A DNA stretch of 63,308 nt, the filler included, from Choristocarpus tenellus KU-1152 (Eukaryota > Protista > Phaeophyceae): assembly GCA_964200185.2 (NCBI GenBank). It is 10 parts of 10 records of this genome, joined end to end, with 100 filler letters (N's around TTAATTAATTAA, not from the genome) between each part and the next. Parts side by side here need not be neighbours in the genome. Positions count along the whole stretch, not along the records: positions 12,939 to 19,181 come from CAXNAD020008588.1; positions 19,282 to 27,166 come from CAXNAD020005446.1; 8 more parts are not named here. The stretch is one strand, 5' to 3'. The stretch's first letter is position 1, and every line of letters starts with the position of its first letter. The translations under genes and the position numbers were made by a program. Positions 13,413-26,559 of this stretch are shown in pieces. Under the pieces are notes generated by a model. It saw only the letters and a list, made by a program, of their open reading frames with translations, was not told the origin of the DNA and did no database searches.

Positions 13413-14172
13413 ATATTAATGAGCAGTTTGTGGTTAAAGCTCGAAAATCGAAGCGAGTAATGATTATGGAACTGTTGATTTCCTCCGTCTATCAGACCAG
13501 CCTGTATGGTTTTACCTGCATGATGCATCTACATGCAACCTCTCCTAAGCTGCTGAGGTCCAGCTACAGCACCAGAAGTATTTCATATTGTTTGGGGCTG
13601 TCTACCTGTACACCAGTCACTATAATTCCAATGCCACTGCGTGGTACAACCTACTAAATCAGTTCTGTAGTTAATACATAATACCACTACATGCTGTGTT
13701 GAACCCACTGACCTGGTATTCATGCTTGAATAGGATTGAAGTAAGTGGACAACTCTTGACAGATGGAGAGGTGCATGTAAAGCAACCCTGCAGTCCCAAA
13801 CACACCCAATACTGGAGTACAATCCACTGCTGCAAGTAACCACTGCTGTTTCGCTCCACCTAATCATATTAATGCTGGTGACATGATATCAAGTGGCCAC
13901 TGACCTAAAGAAGAAAGGTATGTTCAAGCAACAAACACCAAGCTGGGGCTTGGGTGAGTACATTGCTTGGGGTATATAAATCTTACTGCAATTATGGAGA
14001 TGGTAAATAAGTCCAATTCAGAAAACACAAAACCATGATATTAAACAGAGGCCAACCCTCAAGTGCCTGTGACCTTGAGATGAGTTCCTGTACATAATGT
14101 GCCAACATGTTCACCTAGCAATACATTCTACGAACTATGAATAGAGAAGACTGTCTTAAACTGTTTCATGCA

Positions 14173-17100
14173 TTATCTATCTACTCCAGAAGAAGACATT
14201 TCAACAGTCAGTAAGACCGTCGGGTCATTGACCTCTTCTTGAACATATTGAAGCTCCGTCAGTTCCAGCTGCCGTGAACAGTCCGGGAAAGGTTTTCGAT
14301 AAAGCAACCCAACATGTGTGGTTGAATAAGCTGTTCTGATGGCTCCGTCGGAATAGACCCAGTCAGACAGTCCGTTTACCTCCAAAAGGTCACACACCTG
14401 AACAATAGGAGAAGTAAAAACGATCATTGAACTCAAAAGGTATGCTACAGCAGAACGCTAATATGTAAACACCTGCAGGATATGGAACTGAACTTCATAA
14501 ATTGAGCACACAACCCAACCTAGAGGAGGAATCATACACTTGTGAGAAAGAGCATTGTGGGCATATGTGGATGGACAAAACTCAGTTCTCCTTGGAATAA
14601 AAAACCGAGGTTGTGCTATCAAGACAGCAATACCAGTGGGAAATCCACACATCGCACTCAAAATATTGGAATAGTTGTAGGATCTGATTGAGTTTCCAAG
14701 TTAGATGCATGGCGCTTTGGTAGGGGATAATAGTCACGGGTACTCTACAGAGTGGATCACAAGTCCATTCAAATGCAAAATAAACGTAATAATTCTCCCA
14801 AGCATGCACAGCAAGCAGACATTTTGTACATTATCAAGCAGTGTGTTTTGATTGCTACAGCATATAATGGCAACATTTTCCGTATTGACTAAGAAATTGC
14901 TGGTGCTAGCCAACCAACAAGGCATGTCATATATGCTATTCTTCACCTTAGGATGGTCCTCATTAAATCCATTCTTCATCATCTCTGGAGGTTTAGGAAT
15001 TTTGTCCTCACTTTGGTAGAGTGGAACATGGAGTGCCTTGCTAATGCTCTCAGCCTCGAGGAGTACCTTCGAGGCCAAGAACCAGCATCAAGAGGGTGGA
15101 TGAAGACAGGTTCATCTCACAGGTGCACATTGAAGTCCACCTTGAAATGAGATATATCAAGGGCATTTTGTAGCTACCCACTTTGAATCTATTCTGAGTA
15201 TGTTCTTGCAACAGTTTTCAACAAAAACTTGATCCTATCAATAGCTGCACATTTCACGGCTCCTTGATTACATTTGTCTAACATTCCACTAAGCACCACT
15301 GAAATGTATGACTACCTAACTTTGTAATCAATGACCAAGAAAATTGAGAGAGTTAGTCCTGACTTCCATTTTGAAGTACGAAACTCTTGATTCTAATCTC
15401 AAAATACACACCAATGCTCCAGGCATTCACAAAATCTTGGGGCGTGACCTGCATAACCTTGCTAAGTTCCACTCATCAAAACTGATCTCTACCCATGATA
15501 CTTGCAAATTTCTTCTTGAAATCAACGTGTTGATAGTAGCTCTACCCCACAGCTGAAATTGGTATACAATAAAACGAAGCAAAGGACACACGTGCAATAC
15601 TTGTTGCACCTAAAACTAGTGAGGCATGTTCACACTGCTTACCTGTTCCTCAAGTGCGGAATCTGGGTGACTGGCGTAGTATATTTTATCCATGTAGAGA
15701 GCCGGTGTCATGTCATCTGACCTCAAGAGGAGGCGAAGGACAGCCCGTGCTTCCATGCGACCATGAGCAGACTGCACCCCCACAAGACGGACATTTCCCT
15801 GGAGGAGATACCTTTTGAAGCGATGGTTGCCAATGGAAGGGGCAGGAAGATGGTCACAGATCAAGTTCCTTACGTTCTTTCATGTTACAGCATAGAAGTT
15901 TGAGAATGATAAAAAGAGGTTGATGCAAGCATCCAGTATGATCGCGGTTACTGCAAGCAAATCACCATGTCGAGCACCATGAGGTAAGGGACAGACTCAC
16001 TAACCCTAACCCTAAGTAGCCCTTGGTACATACAAGGGGTGGGAAGCGGAAATTATAACCACTCGTCCAAAGAACATTCAACAGGAGTTGCAGATAATCT
16101 CAGTCAGGGGAATCTAATATTTGTGGTCAACAGGTTAGCAGAGGATAAGCAACACCACAGTACTTGGAAATACATGGTAAGAAATATGTTGAAAGCATGC
16201 TCATGAATCTGTGTGTGTGTGTTGTGTATGTACATTTCTTGGCGCATGACTTCTGAAGCAAGTACTCACCCAAGAAGGGCCTTATTTTGGACAGAGCAAG
16301 CTGGCCGGATTCCCATGCAAGACCTCGTATCCTCGCCCATTCGGAAGATCACCTCGGGATCAGATACGCCAGCCAGGGGGCAAGGATCAGCCTGTAAGAA
16401 ATATTAGAATAGTGATGAAATAGGAAGTGAGAGCAAAACGGATGTTACCTGAGAACAAACACCCAGAGTGAGAGGCCTGGACAAGACAATTCTAAAATAG
16501 ATGTGTTCATTGAAAAAAAAATCTGCCTCATGCCTTAAAACTCTCCGCTGCCGCCGGACTGCAAAGATTAGAATACAGTATTTCAAGGCCTCTTCACTGT
16601 CTCAAAGAGGCTGATTGGTCAGCAACCTTCGAAAGTTGAACAACGTTTTGAAAAACTCAACTACAATAAAATGGTTTTAGAAAGCACAAAAATAACATGC
16701 CCTCAACATGCCAAAAACAAGCCAATCGCCACTCACGGAGGAAGAGAGGACAACATAAAAGAACTATTGTCCTCTATTCCTTTAAGCAAGTCATTGTGCA
16801 GAAGAAGCGCCAATTTAATAAACTGCATTAGTTGAGGGACACTATGGCGCAGGTACAAACACACCAATGCATACATAAATCCCAACCTCTTGCAAAGACA
16901 GATTCCCCGGAACAGTCACTATCCAAACACTTCAAAGGCCAGACATAGCCTGTCAAACACAAAACTCCAGCAAAGAAGAAGATAAAACATAAAAAAAACG
17001 TGTCTATTTCGTACTTCAACAATACAACATGAGGTATATATACCTCAAGAGAGGATGTTACAAACATTGCAAGCGACGGCTGAGTGAAACACAACACCAT

Positions 17101-18725
17101 ACCATATTTGTCTGCACCACTTACTCAGTACAGCTCGTGTGAAGCTATGCCACAGCACTATCGTATCATACCACTACTGCACCAATGTGTAGTGCCCACT
17201 ACACCAATAGGACAAGGAATCACTCAATGGACTCCTGAGACCACCACCGGTCTCCAATGCGCCTCACCTCCCAGATAGTCCGTATCCCTTCTGGGAATTT
17301 GCTCATGTGCTCCCTATTCAACGGATCTTGGAATCGAATAGAGTGAACGGTCTCCTCTGACACACCTAACAGCGCCTGCAGGAATCGGAGGTAAAGAGGA
17401 AACACCTGGAACAACATTAACGTTCACAAGAACACAACACAAAAACACCAAAGGGAGCCACCGCGCTAATAGTGAGCATGGGAGCAGCAGTTGGGTACCT
17501 GTGTGATCTAGAGGACGACTCTCAGAAGTCAACAGTGACACACCGGGCAGAGGTTCAGGCACTACTCCACTGTTTGCTTCAGGGCGTGCAACACAATTTT
17601 TTGCATCACCCTTGGAAGGAGGGGTCTTACGTATAAAATAAATAAAGTTTGAGTACTCTATTAGGGTGTGTTTGTGCAGCCTACTATAACGATCCGGTTG
17701 CTGACAACCTAGAGCGATCAGCACAACATTAACGAGGCTGCCTCTTGAAAGACCCAAACCTCGTGGTTGAATATGACTTGGTATGACAAAAAGTGAAGAA
17801 CTTCAATCACAAGTAGTTCAGGTATGAGTGAGCAATTAAAGTCAGTGGAAATTCAAACGTCAAAACACTTCAGAGTTATCGACGATTGTGATTGGTCAGC
17901 GTAGGTGGTACTACTTTCTTTGAATGAACGACCGACTGACATTTAAAAAAAAAATCTTACAGCATTGCAAATAACTCTACAAAAAAAAAAGGTGTAAGAC
18001 TACGCGAGGTCATTTCTGAGAACATTCAACTTCATGTCATCTTTCGTGTCAATTTTTAAAAAAACAAAAAAACGAGCAAGAAGCGCTAAGACTCTTAGAT
18101 GGTGTGAAGACACTCACACGACCAACACAAGCTGTGAAAGAAAGTACGTGCCAGCTTGGAAGTGCCTCATCAGGATGGTTTGACATACCCTGAACCTGCA
18201 ACACTGCATGTCTCACACTGGCTCTCTCCTTGGCACAACTGTAGTCCATCTCAAACGCAGCATGCACTCTACAAGCATGGGAAACCATGTTCATAGTCGA
18301 CAGATCTGTGGGTCACTGGGGATGGACACCCATAATTGTACCCTCAGCTTATACCACCTCACGATGCCTTTTGTGAGACCTCTTTTTTTCACCTCCAACC
18401 CACTCCATCAAAGTAGACGTACACACGTCATCATCATCCCACCCTCCTCTGCCGTCCTTACAATACCAAAAAGTGAAGTGATCAATGAGCATCACAATGC
18501 AAAATTGCAAATCATGCAAAAAAGGGTCCTGTGCATTATAGAAGTCATAGGCAATTGCATCATTCATCCATAGGCAGAAATAATTTGTCGATGTCTGTGC
18601 TGTTTGACTGATACCTCTCGATGAGCCTTGTGCATGATGTAGTAGTCCGCCAGCGCATTGGGAGATCGCCATGTCTGCAGTATTGTTGATAGGGCCTCTT
18701 GGAACCGGACCTTTTGCACCATCTC
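14173..18725 (-). CDS. 8-exon gene (5'-partial, about 350 aa) encoding an uncharacterised domain with a bacterial/phage-like SCM...NKALLGY...ARA.LRLL...YMDKIY...YSD signature
   Basis: Exons 18615-18725, 18393-18456, 18196-18305, 17268-17405, 16270-16391, 15643-15811, 14947-15066 and 14173-14397. All introns are GT-AG with consistent phases (0,1,0,0,2,0,0), giving one stop-free frame ending at TAA 14173-14175. Confidence 0.8.
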
Positions 18726-21700
18726 CTGTCAGAACAAAAATCAACCAATGTATGACTCTCAAAAATGAGAAACTTCCAGGGGCCCAAAAATGCACACTCT
18801 GTTCAAACAACCAGGTTCATATCATTATTATTATCATCATTATTACAATGATTTTTTTTTATTGTAGGTCTTGTGGGATTCCAGACCTTCAGTCTGAAAA
18901 AGGTATACAACGTAAGTTAGTCTGAAAAAGGTGTGATAGGTACTGCTTGACAAAAACAAAGAACAAGATAATCCAACATAGAACCAAAGTTGACCAATCA
19001 CGCAGTGCAGTCTTCGAGACTTTTTTCAGCACCTCACTACTACTCATAACATTGAAAAAAAATCCCTGAAGGGTGGGCACCTTATTTACAATTTGGAAAG
19101 GCAGGGGAGGGGGGGGGGGGGGGGGGGCCCCCCTCCCCAAGAAAAAAAAAAACCCCAGGCCAAAAAACAAAAACAAAAAAANNNNNNNNNNNNNNNNNNN
19201 NNNNNNNNNNNNNNNNNNNNNNNNNTTAATTAATTAANNNNNNNNNNNNNNNNNNNNNNNNNNNNNNNNNNNNNNNNNNNNCCATTGCATTATGACACCC
19301 CTTCACCACAACCAACCTGCCACCGTACAAGAGCACAATTCATTCAATCCCAGGTTTCAACAGGGTATAAGCCTCAATACCTGAACAACATGCACAACCT
19401 GGTCTTGTACTACCTATCCACAACCAGGCCCGTATAGAAATGTCCTTCTCTGTATTGTTGTGTCTGCAACTTTTCCGCACCTCATCATTCTTCCATTTAA
19501 CTCATAATAATACCTGACTCACTCCTCTCCTACCCTCACCGTGTGTTGGGGTGGGTATTGGGATATAGTGCCTCACATCCACTGCTCTTCCCAGTGAAAG
19601 TACAAACCAGTCCTTAACTCTGGCGTGGAGGGTTCTTCTCTTGTCGAACTCTGGCACAACCTTAAAGGTCGGTTCAAGGAGTATATAGCCCACAGTTTCC
19701 TTCTTTTCCTCCCTGCTCTTCACCTGGCGATCCATCAACCTATGTTGTTGGATTTTGTATTCACCTGCGAGTTGATTGTGCTCCCTCCTTCTCATTTTCT
19801 CTTAGCTGTTCGTTGCCCTCCTCAATCTCTTCTGATATTATATGGGACTGTGACCCAGGCGCCAAGGAGTTCTTGCCATCCTCTCCCTCATAACCCAAGA
19901 GTAAACAAGAGGCCTGGAATCACCAACGTCTACTTCATAGACTTTCCTCACACGATATCCCCACTGCCACACAAAATGAAATGGTGTCTCACTCAAACTT
20001 GGCATAGGATGTGTCCCCTCGCATCCGTTCTCTTAGAAAGACAACAGGTGTCCCGCCAAGGTTGAAGTAACCTTCTGGTACTGTCCAGGAGGGGTGGTGA
20101 AGGTGCCATCAAGGTTGTTCTGGCAAAGGTGTAGGAAGTGAAAAATGAGAGTTGTCTGAAGAGGGATGAGACGGGGAGGTGACATGGTGGATTTTTGTTT
20201 TTGGATAAGGATTTGAGGGTTAGGAAGGACAGCATGATTGTTTACAATATCAATGTTGATAGGGGTCTGTGTCATTCAAATCTGTGGTCAAAATGTTGAC
20301 AAAATGAAGAACACATATGAGTCGCAAAGTAGAATATATATGAACTGTTGAGACAGATATATACTATTTGAATATATGGAACATTCCTCAAGATATTTTC
20401 CATCAAGCAAATGATTAACCTAAACAAGAGGAACATCAATATATATTGAGGAATGTGTATGGCACGGAATATTCTTACCTTTTTGAAAGAATCATGTGAA
20501 ATTATTCGCATAGCTCACCCTCTCTGCATGCGGCAGACAAATGGTAGTCACCCCATCGACGAAGCTGGTCCTCACCACCTTGAAGTCTTCCTTGACAAAC
20601 ACCACCTCATCACCAGCACTGAACATCAATCTGTAGCTGGTGTGGTCTGTTAAAGCATAGGCTACTCATCTGTTTGTTCCTTGATACAATACAGTTCCAC
20701 CAGTCAACACCGACTGTTGATTGGTCTGTTACGTTCTGGATGTCACTTTCACTAGTTCGTCATCACCGTATTAACTAAAATCAGAACACCTTAGTACTAA
20801 ACAGTCGCTCTACGTTCCACACAAATAGTAAAGTACAGTATAGTGTACGTCACTTTAGTTGCCTCACATATGTTCCAATTTTGTTCTGTTGTTCTGTTGT
20901 TTGTTTTTCACTCTTTCTTCTTATCAGCAGAAGATGAAAGTTGTACGTTGATGACTGAATATTATTTTCTTTCGTGACTGCCATTGATCCCTCAAATTGC
21001 ACCAAAGCCACTCTTCAAACTGTCTACCAAACACACACGTGGATGTAATATAATCAGAGTTAAAATCATCTGTGGAAACCCTTGCCAGCCAAGGTAACAA
21101 GCCTCTCCACTGAGCATGGACTTCTTTCGTTGAGTATCTTATGAAAGGACACTGAATACACATCACATCATTCTGGATTGAGCAACCAAGAATACTGAAT
21201 TCACATCGCATCATTCTTGACTGAGAGATCAATGACTTCAGGTACAACAGAATAAATACATCAGTGCTTGCAGCACAATCACACCTATCCATAACATAGA
21301 CTACGCATATCATTCATCGGTGCTTTGTAACACCATGTCGCTCGTAGTCTATGCATTTTGCTTACATGTACGATGCATTCAATTCAGGTTTCAACATGGT
21401 CCTTGGCATTCCATTCAAAATTCTGGTGCACAGGGAACTGCAGGAACCTCAACCCAATGTACTCTGATGGCTCCATTTCCACAATTGCAAACATTGCCCA
21501 CTGCAAGCTATCTCTTCTTTCTCTACAGGTGACTCTGCAAGTACAAGTCACCCACCTGGTCTTCAGGGGAAAACCTGAGGTCAATCTCCTTCGATGCAGG
21601 CACGTGGGTGTGCCCTGACACTTGCTGTCTGCCTGTGGACTAATAAGAATCTGTGCATCAACTTGGCGCCTTTGAACTTGGGGACATGCTGATCGTGTCA

Positions 21701-22254
21701 TCCCTCCCAGTCGACTTTGTGAATTGGAAGATGGATAATCTCCTGCCTTCTGGTTGTGTCCACTAAGAGAATTTTCGTGCACATCTTACTGCATAAATTG
21801 CCTGCACTGTTGACCCAATCCTATGGGAAGAGAGGGTCAAGCGTTGGGAGGGGTAAATAGTTAAGGTTCGTCTTTGACACTCCAATCGATGTATTAAACG
21901 CAGTCGAAGGTTAGAAACAAAAATGTTGAATAGAGGAATATGGTTTTTGATGCGTGTCATCAACATACACATTTTTTAAAGTCAAATGTCATGAGTTTCC
22001 CAGTGTCTATCAAGCCACATGTAGTAAAATGCAAAAAAGTGTGTAACATCTGACCTGTTCCAAGCTAGAAGGCACAGTCATCAACATTCATACAATTATA
22101 TTTTTAGGGGGAACAAATCATGCTTTTGTGAACATGTATCAATCGACATGCACATAGAAAATGCCACAAAAACATGGCACATTTGACCCGTCCAAAATCG
22201 GAAAAGTGTATCCCCAAAACATACTCAGTCAAGCTCAAGCCTCCAACCAGCGGA

Positions 22255-22640
22255 CTTCACCATAGCTCCCATGCCATTCATTGGACATTGACCTTCCATC
22301 GCAAGAGGAGAAGTTGTGCACAACTGCAATCCCAAGCCTTACAATTGCCTGAGAACCTACCATATCTGCCACCTGTTCTTGAATTGGCTTCCACGGCGAT
22401 CATACCAGATGTGCAGTCCTGACTTCTAGGGTTTGTTCGTATTCCTGGGCCATCGGTGCCAAATAGTTGTTGATAAACATCTCCACGTCGTTCTGGATGA
22501 ACTCATTGCCTTGGCTTCTGTCTTTGCTATAAATCGAGGTGCTGTGCAGGCATATCCATCCCTTCTTCAGTTTTCTCGCCTCCCGCAAGTGCTTCTTCAA
22601 CCACCAAACTATCAACAGAATCAATGACAAGAAGATATTG
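22255..22640 (-). mobile_element. Degraded DDE transposase remnant (Sola-like, 'SDG..SQFKN...HNF...HGK' class)
   Basis: Frameshifted minus-strand pieces: ...NEFIQNDVEMFINNYL..., LHIWYDRRGSQFKNRWQIW*, VHNFSSCDGRSMSN. These match a recalled HIWSDGCxxQFKN...HNFFxxxHGKxxxDG transposase pattern. Confidence 0.5.
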
Positions 22641-24190
22641 AAGAATTCTTATTGCGCCAAGTCCTTACGATTATGAGGAACTTGTGAATTGAAGTCCATG
22701 ACCATGGGGGAGCGTGGCCTTTGGAGGGGTAAGATTCTCAGCACTTGTATTGCCGTGCCTGCCAGATTGTGTTGTTGCGATGGACATAGAACTTCTTGAG
22801 AAAGTATTTATGTAATAAATGACTCCCACAAGTGCTGAGAGCCCCTTTATCTGAAGGAATAGCACCTACTAGACAGAGAATAAGTATTGGATTTAGTTGG
22901 GGTTGTTCTGTGTGTGACGTGTACGTATATTTTGTAAGGCAGGGGAGAAGTAATTTTGATAGAAACATTGTACCACGTTTTAGGGTGTTAGATAAGTCGT
23001 TTGGTCGGTGAGAAGAGGCTCACCTTCCACCTCTTCTTGACCTTGTCAATAGCCCATGCATCATCCTCGTCATCATCATCATCAGTTCTTCTACTCGAGC
23101 TGGATGGAGTTTGACTCCCACACCATACAGATGGCCAGGATGACATCATTAGTCATGAGATTCTTGGCCCTGTATTCGGTATACTTGACCTTGATCCTCT
23201 CAATCATTTCATCCTTTGTAACACTGTTGGGCAGTGAGGTCTAGCAGAGAGGAGAGCGCATGCTGCAAGGCACATGCAGAGAGGAGGCAGGTGTGTGGCA
23301 TTGTTAGGTGGTAATATTATTGGACTATAGGGGTTGTGTTGTTTGTATGTGCATGCTTGAGTATGTATTTGTGTGACGTAATGTATATATATGGCAAGTA
23401 CTAAATTACTGTCCATAAATTCATTATTTAAACTTGTCTTTTCTTACCCTGCCCTGATATTTACAGTAAGCAACATCGTGCAAAGTGCTCAGAACAGGCA
23501 ATAAGAGGAGAAAGTCTACACACACAATGAAAACGTTACGGAATAGAGAAGGTGTGCAAATATGAAGAGGCAGAACTTACGACAACACATTTAGTGGGAT
23601 GTGTGTATATACTTCGTGTCATTTTGGTAGAAAAAACACTTCAATATTTTTCGTTTTGACGGATGATATTTGATGATGGTACTACATTGATATACAGTTA
23701 AACTTTGTGTTCAAGATTGCACAAGAAGCACAACTGTCAGGTGTGCCGAGTGGTGGTAACTCTCGCCATGCCTTGTACCATGTTACCTTAAGGCAATGGA
23801 CTCTATGCTCAATTATTATATTTTGTAAATACTATAATCCACTCCTTTTGAGATAGTTTGTGTGTGTGTGTGTGTGTACACGTGTTACCTGAATGAACCC
23901 AATCCTTGATCATACACTTTGTAAATACTATGTTCCACTCCATTTTAGACAGGGTATGCGTGTGTTTGTGGTAAATATGAACAGAAAATGCATGTGTCTC
24001 TGTTGCATGTAGTTTGTGCGTACACTTGTTAATATAAATTATATTTGTATGTCTCCCTGTTGTAACTAGTGTCTGTGTGTATTTGTGTGTGTGCATGTGT
24101 ATAAGTATAATTGGAGATACACGTCTTGTGTCTCTGTTACAGCTAGTGTCTGTATGTGTGTGAGTGGGTATAAATATTAATGTTGTGTGT

Positions 24191-24452
24191 GACCCAAAGC
24201 ATTTAAAAGGGTAGGAAGTTTGTTTGCCCTGTTTGTCCGTTTGGGGGCTCGGCTTCCCACAGGTTTTTGTGCCCTTTTTCGGTTTTGAAAACATTTCGGG
24301 GTAGGTAGAATGTATATAACTATGAAAGATATGTTGGGAACAAGGATATTGACACTCACTAATAAACTCGATAGCCCAAATTACATCAAAATCGAAACAT
24401 TGGATTTTGGACCCCAAATGAAACAGCCCTACCATCTTATGTGTGTTGACTC
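24191..24452 (+). mobile_element. MITE family A copy (diverged)
   Basis: Aligns by eye to the 29596-29853 copy (tttgccctgtttgtccgtttgggg...aacaaggatattgacac...ccccaaatg...tgactc). Confidence 0.8.
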
Positions 24453-26559
24453 TGTGTGTCTGTATTGCAACATAGTGTACACAAAGGTGCGTATTACGTT
24501 GTTCGGCAGACCCTGTTTTACTATGTGACACAGTTATGTAGCGTGTGTTTTTATTTTTGAAGGCTAGGTCATCTATTGGCGACAAGGTAGTAAGTACTCT
24601 GCAGGTAGTGTCGCCGAAATCTATAAAAAGAAAGGTAACATCCCAGGTAGCCCACACAATATGTGATAACACTTGTAATAACAGTTGTAACATAATGTCT
24701 GCTGGTGTGTGGCAGACGAGAGAGTGCTTGAGGGCAGGGGGTAGTATTGGGTTTGGGGGGGATGGATGGTTATTTGAACATGACATGTAAAACGAATGAT
24801 CTTTCTTAGTATGAGTGCCATCTGGAACAGATTGGAAATTGTTGGAAAAGTGTGGTACTTCCACATTTGACGCTTAAGGACTTCAGTTGTTGTCCCACTT
24901 CAACCTTGTGTTTCTTTAATGTTTTTATGAGGGCATTAACCCTCAATCACTAGTACTACTCCACCGGTTTATGGAAAACCATGACGTGGTGTTCACATTA
25001 ACACTTCACTTACTTCTTTGTGTGTCGATATAAATTACGACAAAACCTCAAACTTGTGGTGTGCCTTGGACTAAACTATGTTGGTATGTGGGAAGATGCT
25101 GCTGTAATATGTGGAGTCAAGACTTAACATAACAGACAACTCTACAAAATGTCTTGCACGCCAACAATAGAAGAAAAAACATGCACTGAGGAGATGTTCA
25201 CCCACAAAATTGCAGTATCACAAATAGGAACTGTCTGTATGTGTAGTACAACATAATGTTCATGTTGCAGGACACAATTTCTTTATTTGGAGGAACGAGA
25301 CGAGGGCTTACATGAACGTTTACTTTATACATTTAAAGCACCATCTTAGTAAATCCAAACTTTTTCGGATTATTGCATTCTACCCTATTTTTATCAAAAT
25401 TGAAGACATATATGAGTTGCAATGTGACTTAACAAAGTATATTGTTGTGGGTGAATAATTTCTCCAGGAATATTTTGTACATACAATATCCCGTCTGTGT
25501 GCAACGGGTGAACAGTTGGCACTCCCTTAACCCAGATGATGTTGACCACACACCTTGAAGTGCTCTTTGACGAACAGCACCTCATCGCCAGCAATGAAGT
25601 GTCCCCAGTACTTGAAGCAGTCCCTGTTGTTCCATTCTACAATCTCCTTCTGGTGAACAGTGAAAGGCAGCAACCCCAGCCCATTGTAACTACACTCTGA
25701 TGGCTCCGTTCGCACAATGCAAAGATTGCCCCACTTCTAGCTACTTCTCCCTTTTTGATAGGTGACTCTGAAGGTACATATCCCCTGCCATGTCTTCATA
25801 GAATAACCCAAGGTTGATCTCCCTCGTAACCTTCCTTCTACACCTGCAGTTTTGGATGTCACCAACTGTGAACCTCGTGCAGTAGCATGACCTCTCGGTG
25901 TGGACCAAGGAAAAAGAGCTACTGCTAAAGCGCAATGGAATGATATATCCATGCATGGACTTGATACCCAGGAAGACAGGGACATGGGGACTGTGTTGTC
26001 CGTTGCTATTGACCTTGAGAGGGTGAACATGGACATTCATTTGCTGTCTGAGGGTGTTAGGCATTAGAGGTGTTGACTCCACCTCCCTGTGTTCCATGTT
26101 GTCCTTGTCAGTCCACACTTGTGCAGTGGTGGTTTACAGTTGGGGGGGAGAAGGAAGAGTTGATGAGGTGCTTATAACATACTGGAATGAATATGGTTCA
26201 AGGTCAAATGCTAAAAATATTGTTTGAAGGTATTGAACAACCTATGCAAGGATAGTCTCTTTGCTGAGAGCATCCATCGTCACGTGACCTACACAACAAC
26301 ATGAACCACAACGGTGAGACAAGGAGACCACCAAGGCCACTCTGCCCCCTGGATCTACCCTTGGCACCTTCTCTGTCGAAAGGGGCTGGAAAACCAAGTA
26401 CTGTGTGAAACTCGGTGTGATGTTAGGTGACGAGAAAGTGTGAGTAGTGTGGCGCAGCAGCATGATTGAATCGCAAAATGGACCACGTGGTCACGACACT
26501 GACGCTGAGAGAAGATGCATTGAAAGCATTACCGTTGGGGTCTACCTTGCCTCGTTGTG

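Noticed and set aside
15427-15609. ORF piece LWGRATINTLISRR as an extra exon of the 14173-18725 gene
   Set aside because: Direct splicing from 15643 to 15066 already gives a continuous frame and motif, and nothing supports including it.
23809-24864. 351-aa minus-strand ORF
   Set aside because: It runs through (CA)n microsatellites and a MITE copy, has His/Thr-biased composition and no motifs, so it is a chance open frame.
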